This document shows, piece after piece, positions 28,310 to 37,584 of a DNA stretch of 64,000 nucleotides. This DNA is from Patescibacteria group bacterium (GTDB taxonomy: Bacteria; Patescibacteriota; Patescibacteriia; JBHPGJ01). The translations under genes were made by a program, and so were the position numbers. Location of the stretch: assembly GCA_042570545.1 (NCBI GenBank), contig JBHPGJ010000002.1:31741-95740 (forward strand), read 5' to 3'. The notes below the pieces were generated by a model. The model did no database searches. It was not told where the DNA came from and saw only the letters and a program-made list of their open reading frames with translations. Within the stretch, counting starts at the first letter, position 1; every line of letters begins with the position of its first letter.

Positions 28310-29179
28310 TTGGCTAATTATCAACAATATCAACAATATCGTCTCCAACGCCAATCATCGCGATCACGGAAATGGCGCTGGGTAATAATAATAGCAATAA
28401 TCATCATTTTTATCTGGTGGCTAAGAAATTCGGTCTCAAATGATACTGAAGAAGCTAATGTTAACACGGCTGATAATACAAATGCAGCAGAAGAAGTTAC
28501 TGATGACAATATCAATACCAATAGCACGCCGGATGTTAATCTGGTCAGCAGCTTTGATCTGGATACTTGTACTAGAAGCATATCGCGTGGCAACAGTGAA
28601 GCGGCCAATATCAATTTAACTTTCAATAGCGTCAGCTCAGCCGGCACAACCGATCAGATCTTAGAGATTTTAACTAACAAAGAAATAAAGGCAGATTTCT
28701 TTGTAACTGGCGTTTGGTTAGAGAATAACGGTGAGCTGGGAAAGCAAATATTGGAAAAAGGCCATGGTATCTATAGTCTGGGCTACGAATATGAAAGCTT
28801 TACTACCAAAACTGATGCGGAGGTTCAATCTGACCTAGAGAAAACCGATGATATCTTTAATAGTGCTTTAGAACAGAGTGCCAAGCCTTTTTTCCGACCA
28901 CCGTTCGGATCAATTAATGATGAAATCTTCACGGCGGTAAAACAATATGGCTACTGTCCGATTGTTTGGACCTTTGACTCTCTTGATTGGAGTGCTGATT
29001 TGTCTAGTGAGGAAGTAAAGCAACGAATATTAGAAAAAGCTACCAACGGCGCGATAATAGTAATGCAAACAAGCAATTCAGTTGTACCGGAAATATTGAA
29101 TGAAGTTATTGATAGTTTGAAAGAAAATAGTCTTAATTTTGTATCTTTAATAGAGCTAGTGAATCAAAGAGGGGAATAA
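28310..29179 (+). CDS. Membrane-anchored polysaccharide deacetylase (NodB-type).
   Basis: TM segment 'WVIIIAIIIIFIWW'; NodB-like motifs 'ADFFVTG', 'GHGIYSLGYEYESF' and 'RPPFGSIND'. Confidence 0.65.
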   Translation: MANYQQYQQYRLQRQSSRSRKWRWVIIIAIIIIFIWWLRNSVSNDTEEANVNTADNTNAAEEVTDDNINTNSTPDVNLVSSFDLDTCTRSISRGNSEAANINLTFNSVSSAGTTDQILEILTNKEIKADFFVTGVWLENNGELGKQILEKGHGIYSLGYEYESFTTKTDAEVQSDLEKTDDIFNSALEQSAKPFFRPPFGSINDEIFTAVKQYGYCPIVWTFDSLDWSADLSSEEVKQRILEKATNGAIIVMQTSNSVVPEILNEVIDSLKENSLNFVSLIELVNQRGE

Positions 29180-29240
29180 ATTTGACATAATAATAACCTA
29201 CTACTACAATATGTAGTAAGTAATTAATTTTCTACAAATT

Positions 29241-30452
29241 ATGGAACTTGATAGTAATAAGCACAATTCACTTGGCAAAACGACAGCGATACTTTTACTG
29301 TTAAGTTTTATCGTTGGTGGCTTAGGCGGTGGTATCGTCAGTGCGCTGATAAATAATGACTCTTGGGACCAATGGTGGGACAAAATCGTTGGCAACAATC
29401 AGGCAAGTTCAAATACTAACCTTGTTAACCAAACTCAAACCATTTCAATTGAGGAAGATTCGGCTACGGTTGAAGTGGTCAAATCTGTACAACCGTCAGT
29501 AGTCAGCGTGATCGGAACCCAAGATTTGTCTGAATTGCAACAAAGCCCGTTTAATTTTTTCTCCTTTGGTAATAACCCACAAGGCGAACAACAAGTATCC
29601 GGAGGAAGTGGATTTATCATCAGGTCTGACGGGTTGGTACTTACTAATAAGCACGTAGTTAGTCGCGAAGGGGTCGATTATTCGGTGGTATTAGACGACG
29701 GTACCAGTTACGAAGCGACAGTATTGGCTCTGGATCCAACTAATGATATTGCCTTTATCGATATTGAAGCGGATAATCTGCCAGCTGTAACATTGGGCGA
29801 TTCGGATGCTTTGGCAGTCGGCCAGACTGTAATTGCAATCGGTAATGTCTTAGGCCGATATGAAAATTCAGTGACCCGCGGAATTATTTCCGGTCTATCT
29901 CGGACCATACAAGCGGGTGGTTCCTCTGGCGCACCGGAAACCTTAGAAGATACCATTCAGACGGATGCGGCAATAAACCAAGGCAACTCGGGTGGACCAC
30001 TTTTAAACATCGCCGGTCAGGTGGTTGGTGTGAACACTGCAATTTCAGCTAGCGGACAGTTAGTTGGCTTTGCTATTCCCATAAATCAGGTAAAATCAGA
30101 TATTGCCAGTATTGAAAACAACGGCAAAATTGTCCGACCATTCCTAGGTATACGTTATCTGCTGATAAATAAACAGATACAAAATGCCAATGAATTATCA
30201 ATTGATCACGGTGCTCTTGTTATCAGAGGCAGCAGCGACGATCAGCTAGCTGTGGTACCAGGCAGTCCAGCTGATATTGCCGGCCTGGTTGAAAATGATA
30301 TAATTTTAGAAATCAGTGGACGTGAAATATCAGAAGATCAAAGTCTAGCGCGTATACTAGCTGAGCACCAGCCGGGAGATGTGGTGTCTATAAAATACAT
30401 TCATGATGGAGTAGAAAAAGTATCTGAGACAACTCTATCAACAAGAGAATAA
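29241..30452 (+). CDS. HtrA/DegP-family serine protease with a C-terminal PDZ domain.
   Basis: Catalytic triad context 'TNKHVV' (His), 'DIAFIDIE' (Asp), 'GNSGGPLLN' (Ser); PDZ region 'GALVIRGSSDDQLAVVPGSPADIAGL'. Confidence 0.85.
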   Translation: MELDSNKHNSLGKTTAILLLLSFIVGGLGGGIVSALINNDSWDQWWDKIVGNNQASSNTNLVNQTQTISIEEDSATVEVVKSVQPSVVSVIGTQDLSELQQSPFNFFSFGNNPQGEQQVSGGSGFIIRSDGLVLTNKHVVSREGVDYSVVLDDGTSYEATVLALDPTNDIAFIDIEADNLPAVTLGDSDALAVGQTVIAIGNVLGRYENSVTRGIISGLSRTIQAGGSSGAPETLEDTIQTDAAINQGNSGGPLLNIAGQVVGVNTAISASGQLVGFAIPINQVKSDIASIENNGKIVRPFLGIRYLLINKQIQNANELSIDHGALVIRGSSDDQLAVVPGSPADIAGLVENDIILEISGREISEDQSLARILAEHQPGDVVSIKYIHDGVEKVSETTLSTRE

Positions 30453-31578
30453 ATGATGATCGAAGAACTGCATACAAGAATATCTAAACTGCACCAGAAA
30501 ATTGTGCAGGCACGGGGGTCACTTTGACCTGACCGGCACACAAAAAGAGCTGGTCAAAATTGAAGCCGAAATGAATCAACCGGGTTTTTGGGACGACCGA
30601 AAACACGCTGTTTCAGTATCGGCCGCCGCCGAAGAATTGCGAGAAGAACTAAATATTTGGGACAATATTGAGAAAAGAGTTAACGATGCGTTAGCAATCG
30701 TTAAAGAAGCCATAAAAGAAAAGGATTCTTCACTGGCCGGGGAGATTGAGAAAGATACCATTGAATTAGAAAAAAAATTTGCCAAACTAGAGTTTAAATT
30801 ATTACTTGGGCATCCTTACGATAGCCGCCCAGCCATACTAGCCATTCATGCTGGTACGGGTGGAATAGACGCCCAAGATTGGTCAGAAATGCTGTATCGG
30901 ATGTATCTTCGATTTTGTGAAAAGCGAAGCTGGCAGGTCGAAGTAATTCATCATTCGGCTGGCAATGAAGCTGGTCTCAAGAGTGTCATGATCGCTATCA
31001 ATGGCCGTTATGTATTTGGTAATTTAAAATCCGAAGCCGGGGTACATCGATTGGTTAGAATCTCACCCTTTGATGCCGAAAAAATGCGTCACACTTCTTT
31101 TGCATTAGTTGAAGTGATCCCGGACCTGGGCGATGCACCGCCAGTAGAAATTAACGAAAATGATTTACGAATTGATGTTTTTCGGGCTTCCGGTCATGGT
31201 GGTCAAAGTGTCAATACTACTGATTCAGCTGTTCGTATAGTACATCAGCCAACAGGGATCACGGTATCGTGCCAAAATGAGCGCTCACAGGCGCAAAATA
31301 AAGCCACCGCTTTAAAGATATTAAAATCAAAATTAGCTCAGCTACAAGAGACTGATAGGTTAAATGAAGAGCAAAAATTAAGGGGTGAATATCAATCAGC
31401 CGAATGGGGGAATCAAATAAGATCTTATGTACTCCAGCCATATAAAATGGTCAAGGATCATCGAACCAAGTTTGAAACGGCAAACGTTGACGCAGTTTTG
31501 GACGGCGAGCTGGGTGATTTCATTGAGGCTTACTTAAAGTTACAAGCTGAGAAAAAAAACCACAACCAAGCCGATTAA
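30453..31578 (+). CDS. prfB: Peptide chain release factor 2, translated via a programmed +1 ribosomal frameshift at CTT TGA C (30522-30528).
   Basis: Frame 0 reads 'MMIEELHTRISKLHQKIVQARGSL' then TGA, preceded by an SD-like GGGGG. The +1 frame continues 'DLTGTQKELVKIEAEMNQPGFWDD' into a full RF2, including the 'SPF' and 'GGQ(S)VNTTDSAVRIVHQPTGI' motifs. Confidence 0.85.
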
Positions 31579-31624
31579 TTTTGACATTTTAGCGGTGATT
31601 AGTTAAGCTAAAGTCAGATTAATT

Positions 31625-33142
31625 TTGGTGGTTTGCCATGAGCAAACCATGTTTTTAAATCCCAAAGTTTCACCGGCTAGAATCTTTTTGTGGTCATTGT
31701 TTGGCGTGATTTTGGGTGTAGCATTAGGACCGTATATATATTTCCCAAACGAAATAATCACTTTAGCGGTAATTATTTGTTTGATCACTGTTTGGCTAGT
31801 ACCAACAAGTTACAGGATAATTATATTGCTTATCTTGTGCTTCGGCATTGGAGGGTGGCGTTATTCGATAACTAACAATAATACTGCCAGCACAGCATTT
31901 GATAGCTTGGATAAATATTCTGAAGTTATTGGCACGGTAGTGGCCGAAGAGGACAGGCGAGTCGATCACAATAAATTGACTGTGACGGTGGAAGAAATAA
32001 ATGGGCAGACTAGTCGAGGTAAAATATTAATTAGAGGTCCACTTTATCCGGAGGTTACGTACGGCGACACCATTAAAACCAGCTGCTATATCAGAAAGCC
32101 AGAACCAATTGAAGATTTTCGTTATGATCGTTATCTAGCCCTGTCCGGGATAGAAGCCTTATGCAGCAGTCGTTATATAAATATCATCGAACATGACCAG
32201 GGAAATATAATTTATAGCAGTATCTACAAGCTTAAAAGAAATATTATTGAAAGAATTAACCAACTCTTGCCGGAACCACAAGCCTCGTTTTTGGCTGGCT
32301 TATTAGTTGGTGCTCGGCGAGGGATACCGGCTGATCTGCAAGAGGCCTTTAACCGGACGGGCACCACTCATATTATTGCTATCTCAGGTTACAACATCAC
32401 CATAATTGCCACCATTTTACTGGCCATGTTTAAATCGATAATCGGACGTAAAAAGGCCTTTTGGGTTATTATTTTTGCTTTAGGTATTTTTGTTATATTA
32501 ACGGGCGCCCAGGCGTCGGTCATGCGAGCAGCCATCATGGGAGTCTTAGTTTTACTGGCCCGTCAATTGGGCCGACAAAGCCGAATAACCAATGCTTTGA
32601 TATTAGCCGGAGTATTGATGGTCATGATAAATCCGCTTGTGCTGAGGGATGATAAAGGATTCCAACTTTCTTTTTTAGCAACTTTGGGTCTGGTCTATCT
32701 GTCACCACGAATTGAAAAATATTTTCGCTGGGTACCAGCCAATTTTGGCTTACGAGAAAGTGTAACGGCCACTCTATCAGCTACCGTGGCTACCCTGCCG
32801 TTGATTGTTATGACTTTTGGGCGACTGGCCGTAGTATCTCCCTTGGCCAATGTATTAATATTATCAGTTATACCAATTACCATGGCTATTGGTTTTATGG
32901 CGGTAATAATCTCGCTGATATTCTTGCCTTTAGGATATCTTTTGGCTTGGCTGGCCTGGTTGTTTCTAACTTATATCGTAATCGTGGTGAAGTGGCTATC
33001 TCAATTGAGCTGGAGCGCCATAGACATTCCATCATTGCATTGGTTGTTGGTATTGGCTCTTTTCATATTATTGGCCCGTCTGGTACTGCCGGCGATGGAC
33101 ATTATAAGACCGGCAAAAAAAGGATTTCGTTATGAAAACTAA
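31625..33142 (+). CDS. comEC: ComEC/Rec2 DNA-internalisation channel protein (DUF4131 plus competence TM domain only).
   Basis: Polytopic membrane protein; 'GTTHIIAISGYNITII' is the ComEC competence-domain motif. The MBL domain is absent and lies in the next ORF. Confidence 0.8.
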   Translation: MVVCHEQTMFLNPKVSPARIFLWSLFGVILGVALGPYIYFPNEIITLAVIICLITVWLVPTSYRIIILLILCFGIGGWRYSITNNNTASTAFDSLDKYSEVIGTVVAEEDRRVDHNKLTVTVEEINGQTSRGKILIRGPLYPEVTYGDTIKTSCYIRKPEPIEDFRYDRYLALSGIEALCSSRYINIIEHDQGNIIYSSIYKLKRNIIERINQLLPEPQASFLAGLLVGARRGIPADLQEAFNRTGTTHIIAISGYNITIIATILLAMFKSIIGRKKAFWVIIFALGIFVILTGAQASVMRAAIMGVLVLLARQLGRQSRITNALILAGVLMVMINPLVLRDDKGFQLSFLATLGLVYLSPRIEKYFRWVPANFGLRESVTATLSATVATLPLIVMTFGRLAVVSPLANVLILSVIPITMAIGFMAVIISLIFLPLGYLLAWLAWLFLTYIVIVVKWLSQLSWSAIDIPSLHWLLVLALFILLARLVLPAMDIIRPAKKGFRYEN

Positions 33143-33998
33143 GATTAACAGATCACTGCTAAGTATATTGGGAATTATATTTATTATGGCAGTGTTATTA
33201 GTGATCACGTTTACCGGGCAGGCAGATAATCTGAAAGTTGTTTTCCTTGATGTTGGACAGGGAGATGCTATCTATATTAGAACTCCGCAGGCTCAAGATA
33301 TATTGATAGACGGCGGGCCCGGCTCTTATGCGGCTGAACAGATCGGACAGCATATGCCTTTTTATGACCGCGATATTGAATTGGTTATATTAAGTCATGG
33401 GCACTCAGATCATGTATCCGGACTGGTAGAGATTCTTAAGCGCTATCAGGTGAAGCAAATTATCTACTCCGGGCAAGTAAATCACTCGGCGCCTGACTAC
33501 CAGCGGTTTCTTGAGCTGACAGATGAGAAAAATATTCCTTTAAATTCAGTTACTCATGGCCAGCAAATAAAACTTAGCTCTGATATCAGACTGGATATTT
33601 TATATCCCAACCAGGATTATACCGGAAAAACTTTGGATGATCTAAATGAAACATCAGTGATTGCACGGTTGAATTATGGTCAAAATGTATTTCTGTTTAC
33701 CGGTGATGCCGGACAAGAGATTGAAGAACAATTATTAGCTTTAGAACTAAATCTAGCCTCAGAAGTGTTAAAAATTGGACACCATGGCAGTAAATATTCG
33801 TCATCCCGGGCTTTTATTGAAGCCGTCAGCCCTGATTATGCTGTTATTCAATCAGGCGAGGATAATAGTTTTGATCACCCGCATGAAGAAACGCTGGACG
33901 TACTTAATAAGCTGAATATAAAGACATTGAGAAATGATCAGCTCGGGGATATCGTCTGTACTGGTAATGGTGTTGAAATAGATTGCCAGGACTCTTGA
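33132..33998 (+). CDS. Membrane-anchored metallo-beta-lactamase-fold protein; the stand-alone nuclease-like C-terminal domain of ComEC.
   Basis: N-terminal TM segment; MBL motifs 'VVFLDVGQGDAIYI', 'LILSHGHSDHVSGL' and 'GDAG'. It overlaps the previous gene by 11 nt in a different frame. Confidence 0.8.
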   Translation: MKTKINRSLLSILGIIFIMAVLLVITFTGQADNLKVVFLDVGQGDAIYIRTPQAQDILIDGGPGSYAAEQIGQHMPFYDRDIELVILSHGHSDHVSGLVEILKRYQVKQIIYSGQVNHSAPDYQRFLELTDEKNIPLNSVTHGQQIKLSSDIRLDILYPNQDYTGKTLDDLNETSVIARLNYGQNVFLFTGDAGQEIEEQLLALELNLASEVLKIGHHGSKYSSSRAFIEAVSPDYAVIQSGEDNSFDHPHEETLDVLNKLNIKTLRNDQLGDIVCTGNGVEIDCQDS

Positions 33999-34160
33999 CA
34001 TTTCTTAGTTTTTGTGTTAGTTTTAGCGGTCAAATTTGTCGTTTGACAAACGTGATATAGCTGCGCGGAAACGCTCAGCTTTTCACCATAAATGACAGGA
34101 AAAGAATCAATCGGATAGGTCTGTAGTTTTCGGAAACAACTCCTACGAAAGGGGAATATC

Positions 34161-35504
34161 ATGTTTTTGATCACCCTACTCATACTGACGGCCGCAATGA
34201 CGGTCGCTATGGTGTATGGTACGCGTTTTGTGCTTCGTTTGGGTGGCGTCAGCTTCACTGAGTTGCTTTCGCCTTTCGATAACGAAGACAACCTCGACTG
34301 GTACCTGGTTGGTATCATTCTGATGATCGCCGTAGCGGTAATAGCGGCGTTGTTGATACTGATTCTGTCAGTTTTCAACATCCTGTACAGCGTCATGGGC
34401 ATCATCTTGCTCTGCGCGCTGGTGCTGCCTAACCGAGACAGGTTCTACGTCGCGGTGCCGCCCAACCACGCTGCCTTTATCATGGCCTTCAAGGGCTTGG
34501 TAAAGGTAGCTATCACGCCACGCAACTCAACACAGCCTGGTTTTTATCTGATTGGGTTGTGGCCGCTGTGGCATCTTCATACCTTCGTCATGGAGGATGT
34601 GGAGATAACCAATAGGAACACACCACAGATGGACACGGTATTCAGACGCAAAAAGCAGACTCTGCTGTTCTTGGGAGAGCAAGTAGCCGAGTTTTCTTCC
34701 GGCATCTTGAATACCGGCGACCCCGTTCAAGTGAAGTTGCTGTATGCAATTCACTTTACGATCGACGATGGACGTTCCAGAAAGCCTTTAGAACCCGTCG
34801 ACGGTAGCGAGCCCAAAGAGATTCTGGATCCCTCCAGAAATGTGCATGTTACTGGTGACAGACTCGAGGAGAATGCTCGTCGAGCCGTCTTCAACGTGGA
34901 GAACTTCTATGGCTCCATGCGGGATCTAACCGACATGAGCCTTCGTCCGATCTGCGCCAGAAAGGGATACGAAGATCTTATCACCAAAGATACGACATTC
35001 CTTTCGGAAGAGGGCGACATTCGAAATGATCTTCAGAAGCGCACGGATGCCTGGGGCGTTTTCTTTTTCCAGGTTGGTGTCCAGGAGATCGTCCCGATGG
35101 ATGATGAGGTCACCAAGGCTCTGACCGAAAAGCTGAAAGCCAAGAAGGAGATGGAAGCGATCAAACAGCGAGCCGAGGGTGAGGCCTACCGCGTAGATCA
35201 GGTGTACGGTATTATCCGTAAGCACGGGGGCACTGACATCAAGCAGCTCGAAGTGCTGGAGAAAATGTCTACCTCCGACAACAAGGTCTTCTTCTCACTG
35301 CCTGAGCTGGCACACGCCCTCAGTGGTTTCGGTACTTTTGCCGAAGGTGCTAAGGGTCAGAAGATGGACTGGGCGGATATCCTGCACAAGGCCTTCCACC
35401 TGCCCAAGGACTTGGCTAAGAAGATCGCTGAAGAGATCGAAACGACGGCCAAGGCCGGTGAAACCAAAAAGACAGTCAAAGACGAGGGAGAGCCGACGTC
35501 GTAA
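34161..35504 (+). CDS. SPFH/band-7 (stomatin/flotillin-like) membrane protein, encoded in a compositionally distinct (about 50% GC) island.
   Basis: N-terminal TM helices. The SPFH-like core is 'VQVKLLYAIHFTIDD...WGVFFFQVGVQEIVPMDDEVTKALTEKLKAKKEMEAIKQRAEGEAYRV'. A strong RBS 'AAAGGGGAA' is present. Third codon positions are G/C-rich, unlike the flanks. Confidence 0.65.
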   Translation: MFLITLLILTAAMTVAMVYGTRFVLRLGGVSFTELLSPFDNEDNLDWYLVGIILMIAVAVIAALLILILSVFNILYSVMGIILLCALVLPNRDRFYVAVPPNHAAFIMAFKGLVKVAITPRNSTQPGFYLIGLWPLWHLHTFVMEDVEITNRNTPQMDTVFRRKKQTLLFLGEQVAEFSSGILNTGDPVQVKLLYAIHFTIDDGRSRKPLEPVDGSEPKEILDPSRNVHVTGDRLEENARRAVFNVENFYGSMRDLTDMSLRPICARKGYEDLITKDTTFLSEEGDIRNDLQKRTDAWGVFFFQVGVQEIVPMDDEVTKALTEKLKAKKEMEAIKQRAEGEAYRVDQVYGIIRKHGGTDIKQLEVLEKMSTSDNKVFFSLPELAHALSGFGTFAEGAKGQKMDWADILHKAFHLPKDLAKKIAEEIETTAKAGETKKTVKDEGEPTS

Positions 35505-35537
35505 ATGACGCTGGGACCCTGAAAGGAGCTGAAAAAG

Positions 35538-36893
35538 ATGATAGACCTTATCATTTTGCTAGCGGCCATTACTAGCGTTCCCTTCTTGATGAAGAAGGCG
35601 CTAAAGCCGAAACCGGTCGAAGACGAAGAGACCACGGTAGAGCCGGAATTCAAACTTCCGCTGTGGGTCAAACTGACGACTGCTGGTATGTACGTCATCG
35701 CCCTGATGCAGCAGTACAAGATCATCAAGAAGCATGGCGTGAGCTGGTTCTCAGCCGACCATGTGGTGACCGGACTACTAGTGCTTGGCATCATCTTGAC
35801 CGTTTTGACGGTGGTTCTTCACCAGGTCAAGCTGCAAGCACAGCGTAGCGGCAAGATCGAGGTCAAACGCGGACTGGCTACCGGTCGTCCGGGCATGTTG
35901 AGAGTCGGCGTCTACGCCGCTTTCATCTGGGCGCCACTGGCCCTGTATGTGTTACTGCCAACGGTAGCCCTGAACCAGTTCTTACACTGGTTGTCGGATA
36001 TCGGCTGGGCTGGTCAAGGTATGCTGTTTATGGTCCTGACGTTCATCTACAGCCTGGTATACAGAAAAGCAACAGGCGAGTCGACGGGACCGCTAGTTGG
36101 TGCCATGACCTTTCTGTACTTCTTCCTGCTGATCATTGGCTTCAATCCGACAGAGCTGATGGCGGCGACTACGGAGTTCACACCGGAGCACGTTACCTGG
36201 ATGACCCACCATGGCTGGGGTTGGTGGTTTCTGATCACATTGTCGATCAGTGCCATCTTCTTTCTCTGGTATGGTAAGCGCAAAAAGTGGCATTGGGGCT
36301 ACACCTTTCTCGGTGCTCTGCCTATCTGCCTGGTGCTATTGGGTGGGACCTACGCTCTGAAGATCTTCCCACCTGGTCATCTGCCCAATCACTACACCAA
36401 AGGACAAACGGTGCTGGATAGTCTGCCGCCTGAACTACCTGACGGCGAGGACCGGCTGTTGCGGGTGACCACCTACAACGACCAGAACTACGGTCTGGCC
36501 AAAGCAGGGGATGTACTCAAGTTTGGCGACAGATTTGAGGGCTTTGCCAGGGTATTTACCCACGAGTCTAAAGGCTTAAGGCCTGACGACTGGGAGGTGG
36601 TATCACTGGCCAGCCCGACGCCACTGCCTAAAGACCTGGGCTTTGAAGCCTATCGTTGGCCCTGTCCCAACGACCCGGTCTGTTGGCCGGTGCTGATGGT
36701 CAAGCGTCTGTCCAAAGGGATGAGTCGCAATGACCAAACTCAGTATGAGGCGGTTTGGCCGGGCAAGGTGGTCCGGATCGAGTACGACGGTGAGCTTATA
36801 CTCAGTACCAATAAGCCCGAACCGTTCACTTGGATCTGGAAAGTTCGTTCCTGCTGGATCTTTGACATGAAGCACTATCGTGTAACTGCCTGA
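35538..36893 (+). CDS. Polytopic membrane protein with a C-terminal soluble beta-rich domain. It is the operon partner of the SPFH gene and may be NfeD-like.
   Basis: About eight predicted TM helices, then 'VWPGKVVRIEYDGELILS'. RBS 'AAAGGAG' is present. It has the same elevated GC as the upstream gene. Confidence 0.55.
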   Translation: MIDLIILLAAITSVPFLMKKALKPKPVEDEETTVEPEFKLPLWVKLTTAGMYVIALMQQYKIIKKHGVSWFSADHVVTGLLVLGIILTVLTVVLHQVKLQAQRSGKIEVKRGLATGRPGMLRVGVYAAFIWAPLALYVLLPTVALNQFLHWLSDIGWAGQGMLFMVLTFIYSLVYRKATGESTGPLVGAMTFLYFFLLIIGFNPTELMAATTEFTPEHVTWMTHHGWGWWFLITLSISAIFFLWYGKRKKWHWGYTFLGALPICLVLLGGTYALKIFPPGHLPNHYTKGQTVLDSLPPELPDGEDRLLRVTTYNDQNYGLAKAGDVLKFGDRFEGFARVFTHESKGLRPDDWEVVSLASPTPLPKDLGFEAYRWPCPNDPVCWPVLMVKRLSKGMSRNDQTQYEAVWPGKVVRIEYDGELILSTNKPEPFTWIWKVRSCWIFDMKHYRVTA

Positions 36894-36912
36894 GATCTAG
36901 CGAAGTTTCGAT

Positions 36913-36950
36913 GGGGTCATGATGCGCAAGCGTCGTGACCCCTTTATTTT
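36913..36950 (+). terminator. Rho-independent terminator closing the GC-rich two-gene island.
   Basis: GGGGTCA (36913-36919) ... TGACCCC (36936-36942), followed by TTTATTTT. Confidence 0.7.
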
Positions 36951-37034
36951 ACTTAAATTTTTTCAATCATAAACGGTTTTAGCCAAACTATATAAACAAA
37001 CTACCAGTATCGATATGATGTTGGTTGTTGTTAG

Positions 37035-37112
37035 TGGCGGACCCGACCGGATTCGAACCGGCGATCTTCTCCGTGACAGGGAGACGTGTTAACCGGGCTA
37101 CACTACGGGTCC
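37035..37112 (-). tRNA. tRNA-Asp (anticodon GTC) with an encoded CCA.
   Basis: The reverse complement folds as: acceptor GGACCCG/CGGGTCC, anticodon stem TCTCC/GGAGA with loop CTGTCAC, T-arm GCCGG-TTCGAAT-CCGGT, discriminator G, CCA. Confidence 0.9.
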
Positions 37113-37170
37113 CAAATAAATAAGGCCACAGTTAATAATTCAGATGATATACTAGCATTGCTTTGCTAAA

Positions 37171-37578
37171 ATGTCTAGTATGAAAATGCTTAGAAAAATA
37201 CTGATCTATTGGCTACCGCCGATTCTATGGGCAGTGATAATATATAAAATATCATCGGTTCCTAATTTAAAAAGCGGTTTGGTTGATGCAATAGATTTAA
37301 TTTTGCGAAAGCTGGCCCATTTTGCCGAATACGGGCTTCTGTCAATATTAGTTTATCGAGCCTTCAGCCTAAATAGACCCAACCGCAAGTCAATAATCTT
37401 GATTGCCTGGATTGTTGCCAGCTTATACGCGATTACTGATGAATGGCATCAAACATTTGTGATCGGACGCCAAGGCAGCGCTGTTGACGTTATGATAGAT
37501 AGCGCTGGTGCCTTATTCGGTGTATTGATTTGGTATTTATTTTGGCAACACAAAAAGATCAAAAATCAAAAAACCTGA
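37171..37578 (+). CDS. VanZ-like family membrane protein.
   Basis: 'RKLAHFAEYGLLSILVYRA...DEWHQTFVIGRQGSAVDVMIDSAGALFGVL' is the VanZ pattern. Confidence 0.7.
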   Translation: MSSMKMLRKILIYWLPPILWAVIIYKISSVPNLKSGLVDAIDLILRKLAHFAEYGLLSILVYRAFSLNRPNRKSIILIAWIVASLYAITDEWHQTFVIGRQGSAVDVMIDSAGALFGVLIWYLFWQHKKIKNQKT

Positions 37579-37584
37579 GCGGTA

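Noticed and set aside
33938-34405. 155-aa minus-strand ORF spanning the comEC-MBL stop and the SPFH gene start.
   Set aside because: It overlaps two well-supported plus-strand genes and an intergenic promoter region, and it has no RBS or homology features.
35323-35508. 61-aa Arg-rich ORF overlapping the 3' end of the SPFH gene in another frame.
   Set aside because: It overlaps a supported gene. Its composition (RRR/KRR runs) is typical of an alternate-frame reading of Lys/Glu-rich coding sequence.
34000-37112. The GC-rich island was considered as an intact integrative element or prophage at tRNA-Asp.
   Set aside because: No integrase, recombinase, excisionase or phage structural genes are present, and no tRNA-derived direct repeat was found by eye. 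It is described only as a compositionally foreign island.
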